Shown here: positions 1 through 9,568 of the stretch, piece by piece | Position numbering within the stretch: the first letter of the stretch is position 1 | Layout: each line of letters starts with the position of its first letter | NCBI GenBank assembly: GCA_034717975.1 | Contig: JAYEMF010000026.1 | Span: 1 to 21,760 of the forward strand | From: Campylobacterota bacterium | GTDB lineage: Bacteria > Campylobacterota > Campylobacteria > Campylobacterales > Sulfurimonadaceae | Reading direction: 5' to 3' | DNA: 21,760 nt | Translations under genes and position numbers: made by a program | The notes under the pieces: generated by a model | What the model was told of the DNA's origin: nothing | The model's input: only the letters and a program-made list of their open reading frames with translations | Database searches by the model: none

Positions 1-139
1 AGTAGCCGATGACAAAGATAGCCAGAGCGGCAAAACCGACCCATGTCATTGTTATATCCGGTGCGACCTCTGTAGCACCTCCCCCACCGCTTGCAAAGGC
101 AAACGCACTGATCAAACTAAGCAATAATAGCTTTAACAT
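1..139 (-). CDS. nhaD: Na+/H+ antiporter NhaD family, N-terminal part (runs off the window's left edge)
   Basis: Not in the ORF track. ATG at 139-137 overlaps the nadB stop (TGATG). Translation MLKLLLLSLISAFAFASGGGGATEVAPDITMTWVGFAALAIFVIGY shows a signal-like segment then a TM helix ending IFVIGY, resembling NhaD N-termini. Only 46 codons are visible. Confidence 0.6.
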   Translation of the reverse strand, partial: MLKLLLLSLISAFAFASGGGGATEVAPDITMTWVGFAALAIFVIGY

Positions 140-1587
140 CAACTCTCCTCACTGGATATATAGTGTACGCCGACCGACTCTTTTCGAGCCAGTGCGGCTT
201 CAACGATCGACAGCGCCGTCAAAAGGCGCAGTTTCAGCAATCTTCCGATTTTCTCATGAAGCATCGATCTGATTACAGTTTGCACTTCTTCCAATCCCTG
301 ACGTGTCCGAACGATAGAAACTTTCTCCCACATTATACGACGTAACCTGTCTTTTTTCGCTTTATCCTCATCTAATATAAGTGGTTCTTCGATAAACGGA
401 AACGAATGTGGACAGTGTGCATCACCGGAATCAAGGATTTTTTGTACAGCACGTCTGGAAAAGACCAGCCCCTCAAGCAGCGAATTGCTTGCCAGACGGT
501 TGGCTCCATGTACACCGGTCGAAGCCACTTCACCGACAGCGTAGAGTGTCGGCATTGTCGGTATCTGACCATCCAGGTCGGTCTTGATCCCGCCAATGGC
601 ATAATGGAATGCCGGTGAGATCGGTACTCGCTGCATCGGAACATTAAAGCCTAACGCCTGGAGTTTACTGAAGATATTTGGAAAACGTTTTTTGAAATAG
701 AAGTAATCAAAATTGGAAAAAGAGAGATAGACCTGCTGACCGCTACGCTGCGCATAATCAAACAGCGCATGGCTGACAATATCACGCGGCGCAAGCTCTC
801 CACGCTCATCATAATCAAACAGGAAGCGGTAACCGTTCTCATCTTCAACAATCGCTCCTTCACCACGCAACGCTTCGGTGAGCAACTGTTTTTGAACAGA
901 GTCGTTACTGACATAAACAGTAGGGTGAAACTGCATCATCTCCATATTTTCAAGCGGAATCCCTTTTTCGATACAGATTCCCTGAAGGTCCCCACTGATC
1001 TTGTAGGCATTGGTATGAAACTCATACAGTGACCCAACCCCGCCACTGGCAATGACGACATGCTTCGCCATGATCTGTTTCAGTTCTCCGTTATGGCTGA
1101 CAGTGACCCCGCAGCACTGGTTCTCTTCAATCAGCAGGTCGACCACTGTTGCATTATAGAGCATCGGATGCGGATTTTCAGCCAGCAGGAAATGGTGCAG
1201 GTAGCGCCCCGTTGCATCCCCTCCGGCATGCAGAATCCGGCTGCGGGAATGCGCTGCCTCTTTCGTGTAGAGCAGTTCGCCGTCACTCCCCCGGTCAAAA
1301 TCAAACCCGCGGTCGAGCAGATCTTTGATCACACTGCGGCTCTCACCGCTCATAACACGTACAGCTTCCTCATCACACAGACCGGCACCGGCACTAAGCG
1401 TATCGGCAACATGCTGCTCAACATCTTCCTCGTCATAAGCTGTACTCACCCCGCCCTGGGCGTAATAGGTGTTACACTCCCATGGGTAGACTTTATTGAT
1501 GACCAGCACTTTTTTGGAAGCGGGAAGGTTGATGGCAGCATAAAGACCGGCAACACCGGCACCGATGATGACAACATCATACTTCAT
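139..1587 (-). CDS. nadB: L-aspartate oxidase
   Basis: FAD-binding GAGVAG, YYAQGGV, EAAHSRSRILHAGGDATG, QFHPT, LLTEALRGEGA, ELAPRDIV, HYAIGG, STGVHGANRLASNSLLEG, ESVGVHY. Confidence 0.95.
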   Translation of the reverse strand: MKYDVVIIGAGVAGLYAAINLPASKKVLVINKVYPWECNTYYAQGGVSTAYDEEDVEQHVADTLSAGAGLCDEEAVRVMSGESRSVIKDLLDRGFDFDRGSDGELLYTKEAAHSRSRILHAGGDATGRYLHHFLLAENPHPMLYNATVVDLLIEENQCCGVTVSHNGELKQIMAKHVVIASGGVGSLYEFHTNAYKISGDLQGICIEKGIPLENMEMMQFHPTVYVSNDSVQKQLLTEALRGEGAIVEDENGYRFLFDYDERGELAPRDIVSHALFDYAQRSGQQVYLSFSNFDYFYFKKRFPNIFSKLQALGFNVPMQRVPISPAFHYAIGGIKTDLDGQIPTMPTLYAVGEVASTGVHGANRLASNSLLEGLVFSRRAVQKILDSGDAHCPHSFPFIEEPLILDEDKAKKDRLRRIMWEKVSIVRTRQGLEEVQTVIRSMLHEKIGRLLKLRLLTALSIVEAALARKESVGVHYISSEES

Positions 1588-1721
1588 TGGCTACTCGCCT
1601 CTTCTTTGACTGGGGAATAAAAAGGATCATCTTTATAGCCGCAGCCAGCCAGCGCTAACAATGCAGATGCTATAATCAACCCATGAAAAACAGTGCGCAG
1701 ATACTCTCTCATCTTAAACAT
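1584..1721 (-). CDS. Small lipoprotein (45 aa; 42 aa if started at 1712), LptM/YifL-like
   Basis: Below the ORF-track cutoff: [45 protein letters not shown]. Basic N-region, hydrophobic h-region, lipobox LAGC, GAGG upstream, and ATGA overlap of its stop with the nadB start. Confidence 0.75.
   Translation of the reverse strand: MFKMREYLRTVFHGLIIASALLALAGCGYKDDPFYSPVKEEASSQ
1668..1676 (+). promoter_or_regulatory. Extended -10 promoter (TGCTATAAT), probable leaderless transcript
   Basis: TGnTATAAT ends 6 nt before the ATG at 1683; no Shine-Dalgarno sequence present. Confidence 0.7.
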
Positions 1722-2132
1722 CAACCTCAATTTTCAAAATTGGCACAACATGAGTGTATCCGAAGCGTTCAAAAACTTTTTCCGCCTCATCTGCAAAAAA
1801 TGATCCTTTACGGTTATATCCGTAACGGGATCCTATTTTTTGTCTTTAATCACCCCGGTGCAAAACAGGAATTCGATCTTATAATAGAATCTATAAAAAC
1901 ACCTTTAAGAGCCTATCCGCCAAAAACGTGCCAATCAGACCCATTTAACGATATCAAGGCATTCGTCACCCATAAACCTCTCTACAAAGCAGCACAAAAG
2001 TCAAAGCCTGAACTCCTCTATGCCGAACGTGCAGAGGGTACATTTACCAATCCGGCCACAGATCAACGCCTCCACCGACTTATCGAAAAGATCCGGCAGA
2101 CCATACAAAGTCATCATGCTTCAACAGATTAA
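1683..2132 (+). CDS. Conserved hypothetical protein, probable DciA/DUF721 family
   Basis: 149 aa, basic. The segment [22 protein letters not shown] resembles the DUF721 core. Overlaps the uvrC start by 17 nt. Confidence 0.6.
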   Translation: MKNSAQILSHLKHQPQFSKLAQHECIRSVQKLFPPHLQKMILYGYIRNGILFFVFNHPGAKQEFDLIIESIKTPLRAYPPKTCQSDPFNDIKAFVTHKPLYKAAQKSKPELLYAERAEGTFTNPATDQRLHRLIEKIRQTIQSHHASTD

Positions 2133-3912
2133 ATCACTTCCAAGCTCTCCGGGGATCTATCAATATTTTGATGCCAGAGGGCGTCTGCTCTACATCGGGA
2201 AAGCGAAAAACCTGGCCAACCGTGTCAAAAGCTATTTCCGTTTCACTCCGCATCTGGCACCTAACCCCACCCTTTCACTGCGCATCCTGAAAATGCTGAA
2301 TGAGACTGTCTCACTCCATTATATTATAGTTGAGAGTGAACACGATGCACTCATCCTGGAAAACTCGCTGATCAAACAGCTTAAACCAAAATACAATATC
2401 CTGCTTCGTGACGACAAGACCTACCCCTACATCTATATCGACCTCAATCAACCCTATCCAAGATTTGAGATCACCCGAAAGATCATTGAAGGGAAAAACG
2501 TTCGCTACTTTGGCCCCTACTCCACAGGAGCCAGAGATATTCTCAATGCTATTTATGAACTTTGCAGACTGGTTCAGAAAAAGGGGTGCTTAAAAGGAAA
2601 AAAAGCGTGCCTTTACCATCAACTTGACAAATGCCTTGCCCCGTGTGAAAAAAGAGTAACACTGTCACGCTATCAAGAAGAGGTTGAGAAGGCGATCAGA
2701 TTCATTGAAAACAAACCAGAACTGATCGATAGACTGCAACAGAAAATGGACGGTTATGCCGAATCTCTTCGTTTCGAAGAGGCCGCTACGCTACGGGATC
2801 AGATAGAACGGATTGACAAAAGCCAACTGCTCAGCCAGATCGACCTGGCCAACCGTGACGACTATGATATCTTCGCTATTGCGCACAATGATGCCCAGGC
2901 TGCTGTCGTCCGACTCTTTATGCGCAACGGAAAGGTGGTTTCAAGCTCGCATGACCTGTTATCACTCAATGAGGGGCTCGATCTGGATGAAGCCTATGAA
3001 CGTACCCTGCTCGGGTTTTACGGGCATGAGAAACCACCGGTTATTGCCCCGATTCTTGTAGGAGATGCGTTTGATACAAGTAAACTCGTCACCGAACATC
3101 TGACACAACTGTTTGGTAAAAAAGCCCATATCACACATCCTCTGCGCGGTACAAAAAAGCGACTCATCGAACTGGCACGCACCAATGCAGCTGAGCTTCT
3201 TAAACAGCGTCATCATAAATCAAACGACACACTGCCTCAAGCATTGAAAGAACTTTGCCAGCTTCAGCGCATCCCTTATCGTATCGAAACCTTTGACAAC
3301 TCCCATATCTCCGGGGAAGCTCCGGTTGGCGGAATGGTCACTTTTGACAACGGAGCATTCGATAAGTCAGGTTACCGTCACTACCATCTTGAGAGCCGCG
3401 ATGAGTACGCGCAGATGCGTGAAACACTGACACGCCGGATTGAAGGCTTTGAGAGCAACCCACCGCCTGACCTCTGGATCATTGACGGGGGAAGTACCCT
3501 TCTTGGCCTGGCAAACGATCTGCTCGCTTCACAGGGTGTCTTTTTGGATGTGATTGCCATCAGTAAAGAGAAGGTCGATGCCAAAGCTCACCGGGCCAAA
3601 GGTGGAGCCAATGATGAGATACACACCTTGGATCAAAGTTTCAAACTTGCCAAAAGTGACAAACGGCTTCAATGGGTCCAGCGCATGCGTGACGAAGCTC
3701 ACCGTTTTGCCATCACTTTTCATAAGAAAACCAAACTCAAACGCGACCAGGAGAGCAAACTTTTACAGCTCAAAGGTATCTCGGCTGCCAAGATAAAAAA
3801 ACTGCTTAACCATTTTGGAACTTTCGAAGCCGTTGCACAGAGTTCTGAGTGCGAAATTGCTTCCATACTCTCCGCGCATGATGCAAAGATTATCAAGGAA
3901 ATGTATAAATAA
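2116..3912 (+). CDS. uvrC: Excinuclease ABC subunit C
   Basis: GIY-YIG (PGIYQY...LYIGKAKNL), [15 protein letters not shown], Cys cluster, UVR domain (FEEAATLRD), [31 protein letters not shown]-terminal HhH. Start moved to the ATG at 2116 (MLQQIKSLP). Confidence 0.97.
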   Translation: MLQQIKSLPSSPGIYQYFDARGRLLYIGKAKNLANRVKSYFRFTPHLAPNPTLSLRILKMLNETVSLHYIIVESEHDALILENSLIKQLKPKYNILLRDDKTYPYIYIDLNQPYPRFEITRKIIEGKNVRYFGPYSTGARDILNAIYELCRLVQKKGCLKGKKACLYHQLDKCLAPCEKRVTLSRYQEEVEKAIRFIENKPELIDRLQQKMDGYAESLRFEEAATLRDQIERIDKSQLLSQIDLANRDDYDIFAIAHNDAQAAVVRLFMRNGKVVSSSHDLLSLNEGLDLDEAYERTLLGFYGHEKPPVIAPILVGDAFDTSKLVTEHLTQLFGKKAHITHPLRGTKKRLIELARTNAAELLKQRHHKSNDTLPQALKELCQLQRIPYRIETFDNSHISGEAPVGGMVTFDNGAFDKSGYRHYHLESRDEYAQMRETLTRRIEGFESNPPPDLWIIDGGSTLLGLANDLLASQGVFLDVIAISKEKVDAKAHRAKGGANDEIHTLDQSFKLAKSDKRLQWVQRMRDEAHRFAITFHKKTKLKRDQESKLLQLKGISAAKIKKLLNHFGTFEAVAQSSECEIASILSAHDAKIIKEMYK

Positions 3913-3972
3913 GTAACCTTTGCTTTTTATTATGATATATTTATTCACAATTTGTTCAAAAAGGTTTTTTTG

Positions 3973-4386
3973 ATGGAGCACAACGACATAATTGATGAAG
4001 AACACCTGTTTGAAGGTCGTGTAATTATCAGCGAGACTGATACAAAAGGGATCATCACATTCGCCAACAGAAAATTTTGTGAGATTGCCGGCTACTCACC
4101 TGATGAGCTGATTGGTCAACCCCATAATATTATCCGTCATCCCGATATGCCCAAAGAAGCTTTCGCCAAAATGTGGGAGACGATTCAAAGCGGACAGATC
4201 TGGCACGGGGTGGTCAAGAACCTTCGTAAAGACAGACGCTATTACTGGGTTGAAACCGAAATCGCACCTGTCAAAGACGATGCCGGGAATATCACTGGGT
4301 ATATCGCAGCACGCAAACCAGCCGGTCGCAAAGATATTGAAGAGGTCGCTGCTCTCTATAAAACCATGAAAAAAAATGAACAATAA
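3973..4386 (+). CDS. Stand-alone Aer/CetB-type PAS domain protein (probable FAD redox sensor)
   Basis: IISETDTKGIITFAN..FCEIAGYS..ELIGQPHNIIRHPDMP..AF..MW.TI..G..W.G.VKN..KD..YYWV. AAGG lies 8 nt before the ATG at 3973. Confidence 0.9.
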   Translation: MEHNDIIDEEHLFEGRVIISETDTKGIITFANRKFCEIAGYSPDELIGQPHNIIRHPDMPKEAFAKMWETIQSGQIWHGVVKNLRKDRRYYWVETEIAPVKDDAGNITGYIAARKPAGRKDIEEVAALYKTMKKNEQ

Positions 4387-4395
4387 GGAGTTACT

Positions 4396-6282
4396 GTGCT
4401 GATATATAACAATAATAAAAAACTTATCGGTATCGATGAAGAAGATCTCAACATACTTGGATTTCAGAGTGTCCAGGATCTTCTTTCCGAATGTCAGGAT
4501 ATTGCTGAACTCTTTGTAAAAAAACCTGGCTATATCCATGACTTTAAAAATTTTCAATGGATCGATTTTGTCCTGCATGCCGATGCAGATGTATCAAAGG
4601 CAATTGTACAGACCAGCGCAAAACAGTTCTCTTGTGATATCGTCATTAAACCTTTTCATATGATCGAACAACCAGACGAGCCAAACTATGCCATCTATCT
4701 ACAGCATATCCATTCACTGAATGGTGCAAAAGAGACAGCCGTGGCAGAGGCGCCTGAAACACCGACAGCACCGGTTGCGCCGCCAACTCCGCCTGTTGAA
4801 CCAGCACCGACGCCATCTTTTACGGAACCTGCAGCTGAAACACCTAGTTTTGAAACGCCAGCTATTCCAGAGAGTGAACCGGTGTTCAGTACGCCTGAAG
4901 ACAAACCTGTCACATTTGACACTCCGGTCAGTGAGCCTGAGGATGAGATTGCCGCAGCTTTTGACAAACCACTGGAGATCGAAGAAGATCTCTTTATAGA
5001 CACATTGCCAGAGCCTGTTATTGAAACAGTGCCTGAGATTGAACCCGTTCCGCAAGAAGCTCCGGCAGCAGCTGGTATCTATACAGCAGCGGAGCAGGAG
5101 TACATCGATCAACTTACCGTTCCAGACAGCTATGCCTTTGATCCGCATGTTGCGGCAGATGAGCTTGGACTTCCGGTTGACCTGATCGAAGAGTTTATCG
5201 GTGACTTTATCAAACAATCACATGAGTTTCATGATGAACTCTTCGATTCAGCTGTCAAAACTGATTTTGACAATGTAAAGATTCTTTCACATAAGCTCAA
5301 AGGTGTTGCAGCCAATCTGCGGGTTGAGGATGCCCTTGAGATGCTGACGATTATCAACAATTCACATGATCAGACAGAGACAGAAGCCAACCTCAAAGCC
5401 TTTTATCGAGTAATCGACAAACTTGAAGGGAAAGAGGTACCTGATGTCACTCCTGTCGCTGCACCGGTAAGTGAACCTGAACCTGTCATGACAGAACCGG
5501 TTCAAGAAGCAATGATCGAACAAGCAGAAGAAGTGAGTAAAACTGAAGAGGAAGATATATACAGTTTTGATCTTCCGACATCATCACCAGAAGCAACTGA
5601 ATCCCCGGAAGAGCCACTGATCGAGCAGGCCCCGGAGACAAGTGAAACAGAAGGTGATGATATATACAGCTTTGATCTTCCGGCATCATCACCTGAGCCG
5701 GTTGAATCCCTGGAAGAGCCCCTCAGTGAAGAGCCGGCTATCGACGAACTGTATGCTCCGGCACCTGAAACACCGAGTAGTGGCAACGATGATCTCTATG
5801 CACTCGATACCCTTCCGGCTGAATCTGTACCAACAGAAGAGGAGGCACTTCCTGAAAAGAGTGCTCCTGCAAATGAATTTCCTGATTTCAGTGATGAGGA
5901 AGTTGAGCTTCCCCCAATGGATATATCACTTCTGGATGAACCGGTTATTGAAACACCTCAACCAAGCAGTGAACCGATAGTAACGCTTAACTATGACACC
6001 CAAAAAGCTGCAGCTGAACTTGGTCTGCCTGCATCACTTGTAGAAGAACTTCAAAAAGATTTTGCTGTTGATTCCAAAGCCTGCCGCAGCGAGTTCGAAG
6101 AAGCCATAGCTTCCTCACAAAGCAGTGGGTGGCAAGCGTGTGCAAGCACTCTGAAGGGAGCTGCCGACAATCTTCGTATGACAGAGATCGCCGAGACACT
6201 CAGAACCTTGACACAGACCAGTGATCCGCAAGAAGCGGAAAAATCTATGCAACAGCTCTATAGCTATGTTGAACAATTATAA
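4396..6282 (+). CDS. Acidic Hpt-domain protein: N-terminal PAS-like domain, Hpt1 (His299), long Glu/Pro-rich linkers, degenerate Hpt2
   Basis: GTG start with AAGGAG. SHKLKGVAANL at His299. A homologous C-terminal copy, ASTLKGAADNL, has Ser584 in place of His. Both copies begin with AAxELGLP. Confidence 0.85.
   Translation: MLIYNNNKKLIGIDEEDLNILGFQSVQDLLSECQDIAELFVKKPGYIHDFKNFQWIDFVLHADADVSKAIVQTSAKQFSCDIVIKPFHMIEQPDEPNYAIYLQHIHSLNGAKETAVAEAPETPTAPVAPPTPPVEPAPTPSFTEPAAETPSFETPAIPESEPVFSTPEDKPVTFDTPVSEPEDEIAAAFDKPLEIEEDLFIDTLPEPVIETVPEIEPVPQEAPAAAGIYTAAEQEYIDQLTVPDSYAFDPHVAADELGLPVDLIEEFIGDFIKQSHEFHDELFDSAVKTDFDNVKILSHKLKGVAANLRVEDALEMLTIINNSHDQTETEANLKAFYRVIDKLEGKEVPDVTPVAAPVSEPEPVMTEPVQEAMIEQAEEVSKTEEEDIYSFDLPTSSPEATESPEEPLIEQAPETSETEGDDIYSFDLPASSPEPVESLEEPLSEEPAIDELYAPAPETPSSGNDDLYALDTLPAESVPTEEEALPEKSAPANEFPDFSDEEVELPPMDISLLDEPVIETPQPSSEPIVTLNYDTQKAAAELGLPASLVEELQKDFAVDSKACRSEFEEAIASSQSSGWQACASTLKGAADNLRMTEIAETLRTLTQTSDPQEAEKSMQQLYSYVEQL
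5515..5724 (+). repeat. In-frame tandem duplication, 2 x 105 bp (35 aa), plus a degenerate partial third copy near 5761-5810
   Basis: IEQAEEVSKTEEEDIYSFDLPTSSPEATESPEEPL versus IEQAPETSETEGDDIYSFDLPASSPEPVESLEEPL; DNA core gatatatacagYtttgatcttccgRcatcatcacc repeated at 105-nt period. Confidence 0.85.
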
Positions 6283-6306
6283 GACCATCTTAAAAGGGAA
6301 AGCACA

Positions 6307-9300
6307 ATGCAAATAGGACTAAAAAACAGGCTACGTGTTATCAGTCTCTTACCGATTCTGATTCTATTTACACTGGCCAGTTACTATGTTTACACCTCAT
6401 ACATGAGCTACCAGGCCTCAGAAGAGCTTCGTATTAGACTCCAGGCCGATAAGCAACTCAATGATGTGATCGGAAACCTATCACGGGAACGTGGTATGAC
6501 CGTAATGTACCTCGGTAACTCCTCTGAAGCCACAAAACGTTCACTCATTGCGCAGCGAACACTCGTAGATATGACATTTAACAAATACCAAACCTACATC
6601 AAGCTCACTGAAGCACTACATGACCACAGCCAAGGTACAGCATCATGCCAAACCTGCAGCAATATACAAACACTTTCCACCATGATCGAGGAGATCCGTA
6701 GTCTACGTTCTCAGGTCGATGCACAGGAGGTGGAGTTTTCAGAAGTTTTTGATGATGTATACGGTAAAGCTCAACGAGCCATCATCACCCAGCTGGAATC
6801 TATTATCGAGATCGAAGTTGATGAAGAGGTCACCTCGCTGGCGACAACTTATCTGACACTTGTCCGTGCTAAAGAGTTTACGGGTGCAGAGCGCGATCTC
6901 ATCTCTTTCGCACTGGCTCGTAAAACAAAGTTTGATCCTGAAGAGCTTAACCAGTGGCTCGCACTGATCGGAAAAGCTGATTCCCTTAACTACGACACAC
7001 TGATCGCCAAAGATGTCAAACAGACGCTAGACACCCTTTTCGATGATGAAGACAATACTGAACTTTTTGAAGATATCACGATTGAACGAGCCGAGATCAT
7101 GCAGGCAATTAATGATGGTCTCTATGCTACCGAGTCCGGGATCTGGTTTGCCATGCTCTCGGAAAAAGTAAATCTGATCGATGAAGCTGAGCAGATTATC
7201 TTTGACGCAATGGATGCACGTGCTGAACAGGTCAAGGTCAATGTCCTCCAGATCCTGACCGTAGCGGTCAGCATCTGGATCATCTCTATTGTTATCGGTA
7301 TCCTTGGTATGCTGATGGCCAATGATATTGCCCGCAATATCAAAAATCTAGAGGCCGTTCTCAGACGTGCTGCTGAAGGTACCCACGAAGCCCAAGAGGG
7401 AGAGGTCCTGAGCAGTACCATTAACCTTGATACTGCCGAAGGTACGGCTAAAGCCTATAGTGCCCTTGAAAAAGTCATTGAGCAGACCCGACTCGATAAA
7501 GAGTTTGCCCAGGAGGCAAGTGAAGCCAAATCGATGTTTCTTGCCAACATGTCACATGAGATTCGTACTCCGCTGAATGGTATCGTCGGGTTTACGGAAC
7601 TCTTGAAAGATACTGATCTTCATGAAGAGCAGCGTGAGTTTATCGATATCATCGAAAAAAGTTCAGAAAACCTTCTTGAGATCATCAATAATATCCTTGA
7701 CCTCTCTAAAATCGAAAGCAACAAACTGGAGATCGAAGAGATCGTCTTTAACCCGCTTGAAGAGTTTGAAAGTGCCGTTGAAGTCTATGCTGTACGTGCT
7801 TCAGAAAAACATATTGACCTCGGTTGTTTTATCGATCCAAAACTTGAGCTGCCGCTCAAAGGGGATCCGACCAAGATCAAAGAGGTTATCATCAACCTGC
7901 TCTCCAATGCTGTCAAGTTTACCAACAGTGGCGGAGCTATCAATGTCGATATCCGTCGTTTGCCATGTGATGATCCTAACCGTGCCAAAGTACGCTTCCA
8001 GGTACAAGACAGCGGTATCGGTGTTACCAGTGAGCAAAAAGCAAGAATATTTGAAGCCTTTGGTCAGGCAGATACATCTATTACACGTAAATACGGCGGT
8101 ACAGGTCTTGGTCTGACCATCTCAAGCAGCTTTATCGATCTCATGGGCGGTCAGCTTGATCTAGATAGCGAGCCAGGCAAAGGAACCACTTTCTTCTTCG
8201 AACTTGAATTTGAAGAGATTGAAACACTGAATGAATCGATCAAGGGTACTTTCAACAATATCAATGCGGTCATCCTTGAAAGTGATAACAAGAAAAAAAT
8301 TCAAGAGATAAATCTCAAAGAGTATCTTGATTTCTTTGGTGTCAGTTATACTACATTCAGATCAATGGATGAGCTCAAAGAGCTGCAGCGTCAGATCAGC
8401 TACGACCTTCTATTTGTTGACTATGACTTCACCGATGAGGCCGGCATTCAGGAGTATTCAAACTCTGCTGAGCATATGATCCTCATCACAAAATCCTACT
8501 ATATGAAAAAAATCGACTCGATGGGTCTCGATATTTTCAAAGTTCTCTACGAACCGCTTAACAGCACGAAAGTGAAAAATGTACTTGAATCCCATGATGT
8601 CGAAGAGTTCAAACAGGCTAAAGCGAAAAAATCACGCCGTAAAAAATATGATGAGCACTCCAAGTTTGATGCTGATGTCATGGTTGCGGAAGACAACATC
8701 ATCAATCAAAAACTGATCCGACGTACCCTGGAAGATCTCGGGCTTAGAATCACAGTGGCCAACAATGGACTGGAAGCTTTCGAAAAACGTAAAAATGGTA
8801 AATTTGACCTGATCTTTATGGATATACAGATGCCTGTACTTGATGGCGTTGAAGCAACTCAGGAAATTCTTGACTTCGAAGAGGATTTCAACGAACCGCA
8901 TACACCGATTGTCGCACTGACTGCCAATGCACTAAAAGGCGACCGTGAACGTTTCCTTGCAGCCGGGATGGATGAATACACTACAAAACCACTGGTGCGT
9001 GCAGAGATCATCTCACTGCTGAACCATTTCCTGGCAGACAAGATCGTCGATGCCACTGAGATGGAAACGACCGAGGAGGTTGTTAAGACCGCAGAACCTG
9101 TGACGGAATCGATAGCAGCAGACACGCCAGAGACCCTCGCTCCAGATGAAGAAGTACCAAGTGAGCCAGTTGTTGAAACAGCCCAAGAGCCAGTTGTAAA
9201 ATATGACACCGATATTATTCTTGCCAAAAAGAGCCCCCTTGAAGTAAAACTCTTTGAACATCTGCTAAATGAACTTGGCTACAGCTATACTTCGGTCAGC

Positions 9301-9552
9301 TCAGCAGAAGCCTTCATGGAAGCCATGAGCAACCAGAACTATAAATTGGCACTCTTCGACAAAGAGCTTCCAGCTCTTGAACTAAATAAACTCAGTGAAC
9401 TGAGTAGTGTTCATCCGGGTGAAACATTCCTGGTCATGTTAGTCGATCCGTCTAAGACTGCCGATGAAGACGATGTAAAATATGCACATGAGATCGTCAA
9501 AAATGTTATCAATAAAGACCTACTGCGTCTTGTATTTGAAAAATTTATTTAG
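6307..9552 (+). CDS. Membrane hybrid sensor histidine kinase with periplasmic NIT (nitrate/nitrite-sensing) domain and multiple receiver domains
   Basis: TM1; NIT-like motifs [11 protein letters not shown] and [11 protein letters not shown]2; His[17 protein letters not shown] (His417); HATPase [22 protein letters not shown]; degenerate REC; canonical REC (AEDN...FMDIQMP Asp839...LTANA...KP); degenerate C-terminal REC-like domain. Confidence 0.92.
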   Translation: MQIGLKNRLRVISLLPILILFTLASYYVYTSYMSYQASEELRIRLQADKQLNDVIGNLSRERGMTVMYLGNSSEATKRSLIAQRTLVDMTFNKYQTYIKLTEALHDHSQGTASCQTCSNIQTLSTMIEEIRSLRSQVDAQEVEFSEVFDDVYGKAQRAIITQLESIIEIEVDEEVTSLATTYLTLVRAKEFTGAERDLISFALARKTKFDPEELNQWLALIGKADSLNYDTLIAKDVKQTLDTLFDDEDNTELFEDITIERAEIMQAINDGLYATESGIWFAMLSEKVNLIDEAEQIIFDAMDARAEQVKVNVLQILTVAVSIWIISIVIGILGMLMANDIARNIKNLEAVLRRAAEGTHEAQEGEVLSSTINLDTAEGTAKAYSALEKVIEQTRLDKEFAQEASEAKSMFLANMSHEIRTPLNGIVGFTELLKDTDLHEEQREFIDIIEKSSENLLEIINNILDLSKIESNKLEIEEIVFNPLEEFESAVEVYAVRASEKHIDLGCFIDPKLELPLKGDPTKIKEVIINLLSNAVKFTNSGGAINVDIRRLPCDDPNRAKVRFQVQDSGIGVTSEQKARIFEAFGQADTSITRKYGGTGLGLTISSSFIDLMGGQLDLDSEPGKGTTFFFELEFEEIETLNESIKGTFNNINAVILESDNKKKIQEINLKEYLDFFGVSYTTFRSMDELKELQRQISYDLLFVDYDFTDEAGIQEYSNSAEHMILITKSYYMKKIDSMGLDIFKVLYEPLNSTKVKNVLESHDVEEFKQAKAKKSRRKKYDEHSKFDADVMVAEDNIINQKLIRRTLEDLGLRITVANNGLEAFEKRKNGKFDLIFMDIQMPVLDGVEATQEILDFEEDFNEPHTPIVALTANALKGDRERFLAAGMDEYTTKPLVRAEIISLLNHFLADKIVDATEMETTEEVVKTAEPVTESIAADTPETLAPDEEVPSEPVVETAQEPVVKYDTDIILAKKSPLEVKLFEHLLNELGYSYTSVSSAEAFMEAMSNQNYKLALFDKELPALELNKLSELSSVHPGETFLVMLVDPSKTADEDDVKYAHEIVKNVINKDLLRLVFEKFI

Positions 9553-9568
9553 TTAAAGGGAATAACAG

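Noticed and set aside
1060..1620. Long antisense or alternate-frame ORFs (also 4096-4578, 14522-15148, 14752-15258, 18962-19597 and others)
   Set aside because: They are shadows of well-supported genes, with no recognisable motifs.
2020..2115. Longer uvrC start given by the ORF track
   Set aside because: It lies deep within the upstream gene; UvrC similarity begins at MLQQIKSLP (2116).
6646..6660. Haem c attachment site in the kinase sensor domain
   Set aside because: The motif is CQTCS and lacks the His of CxxCH.
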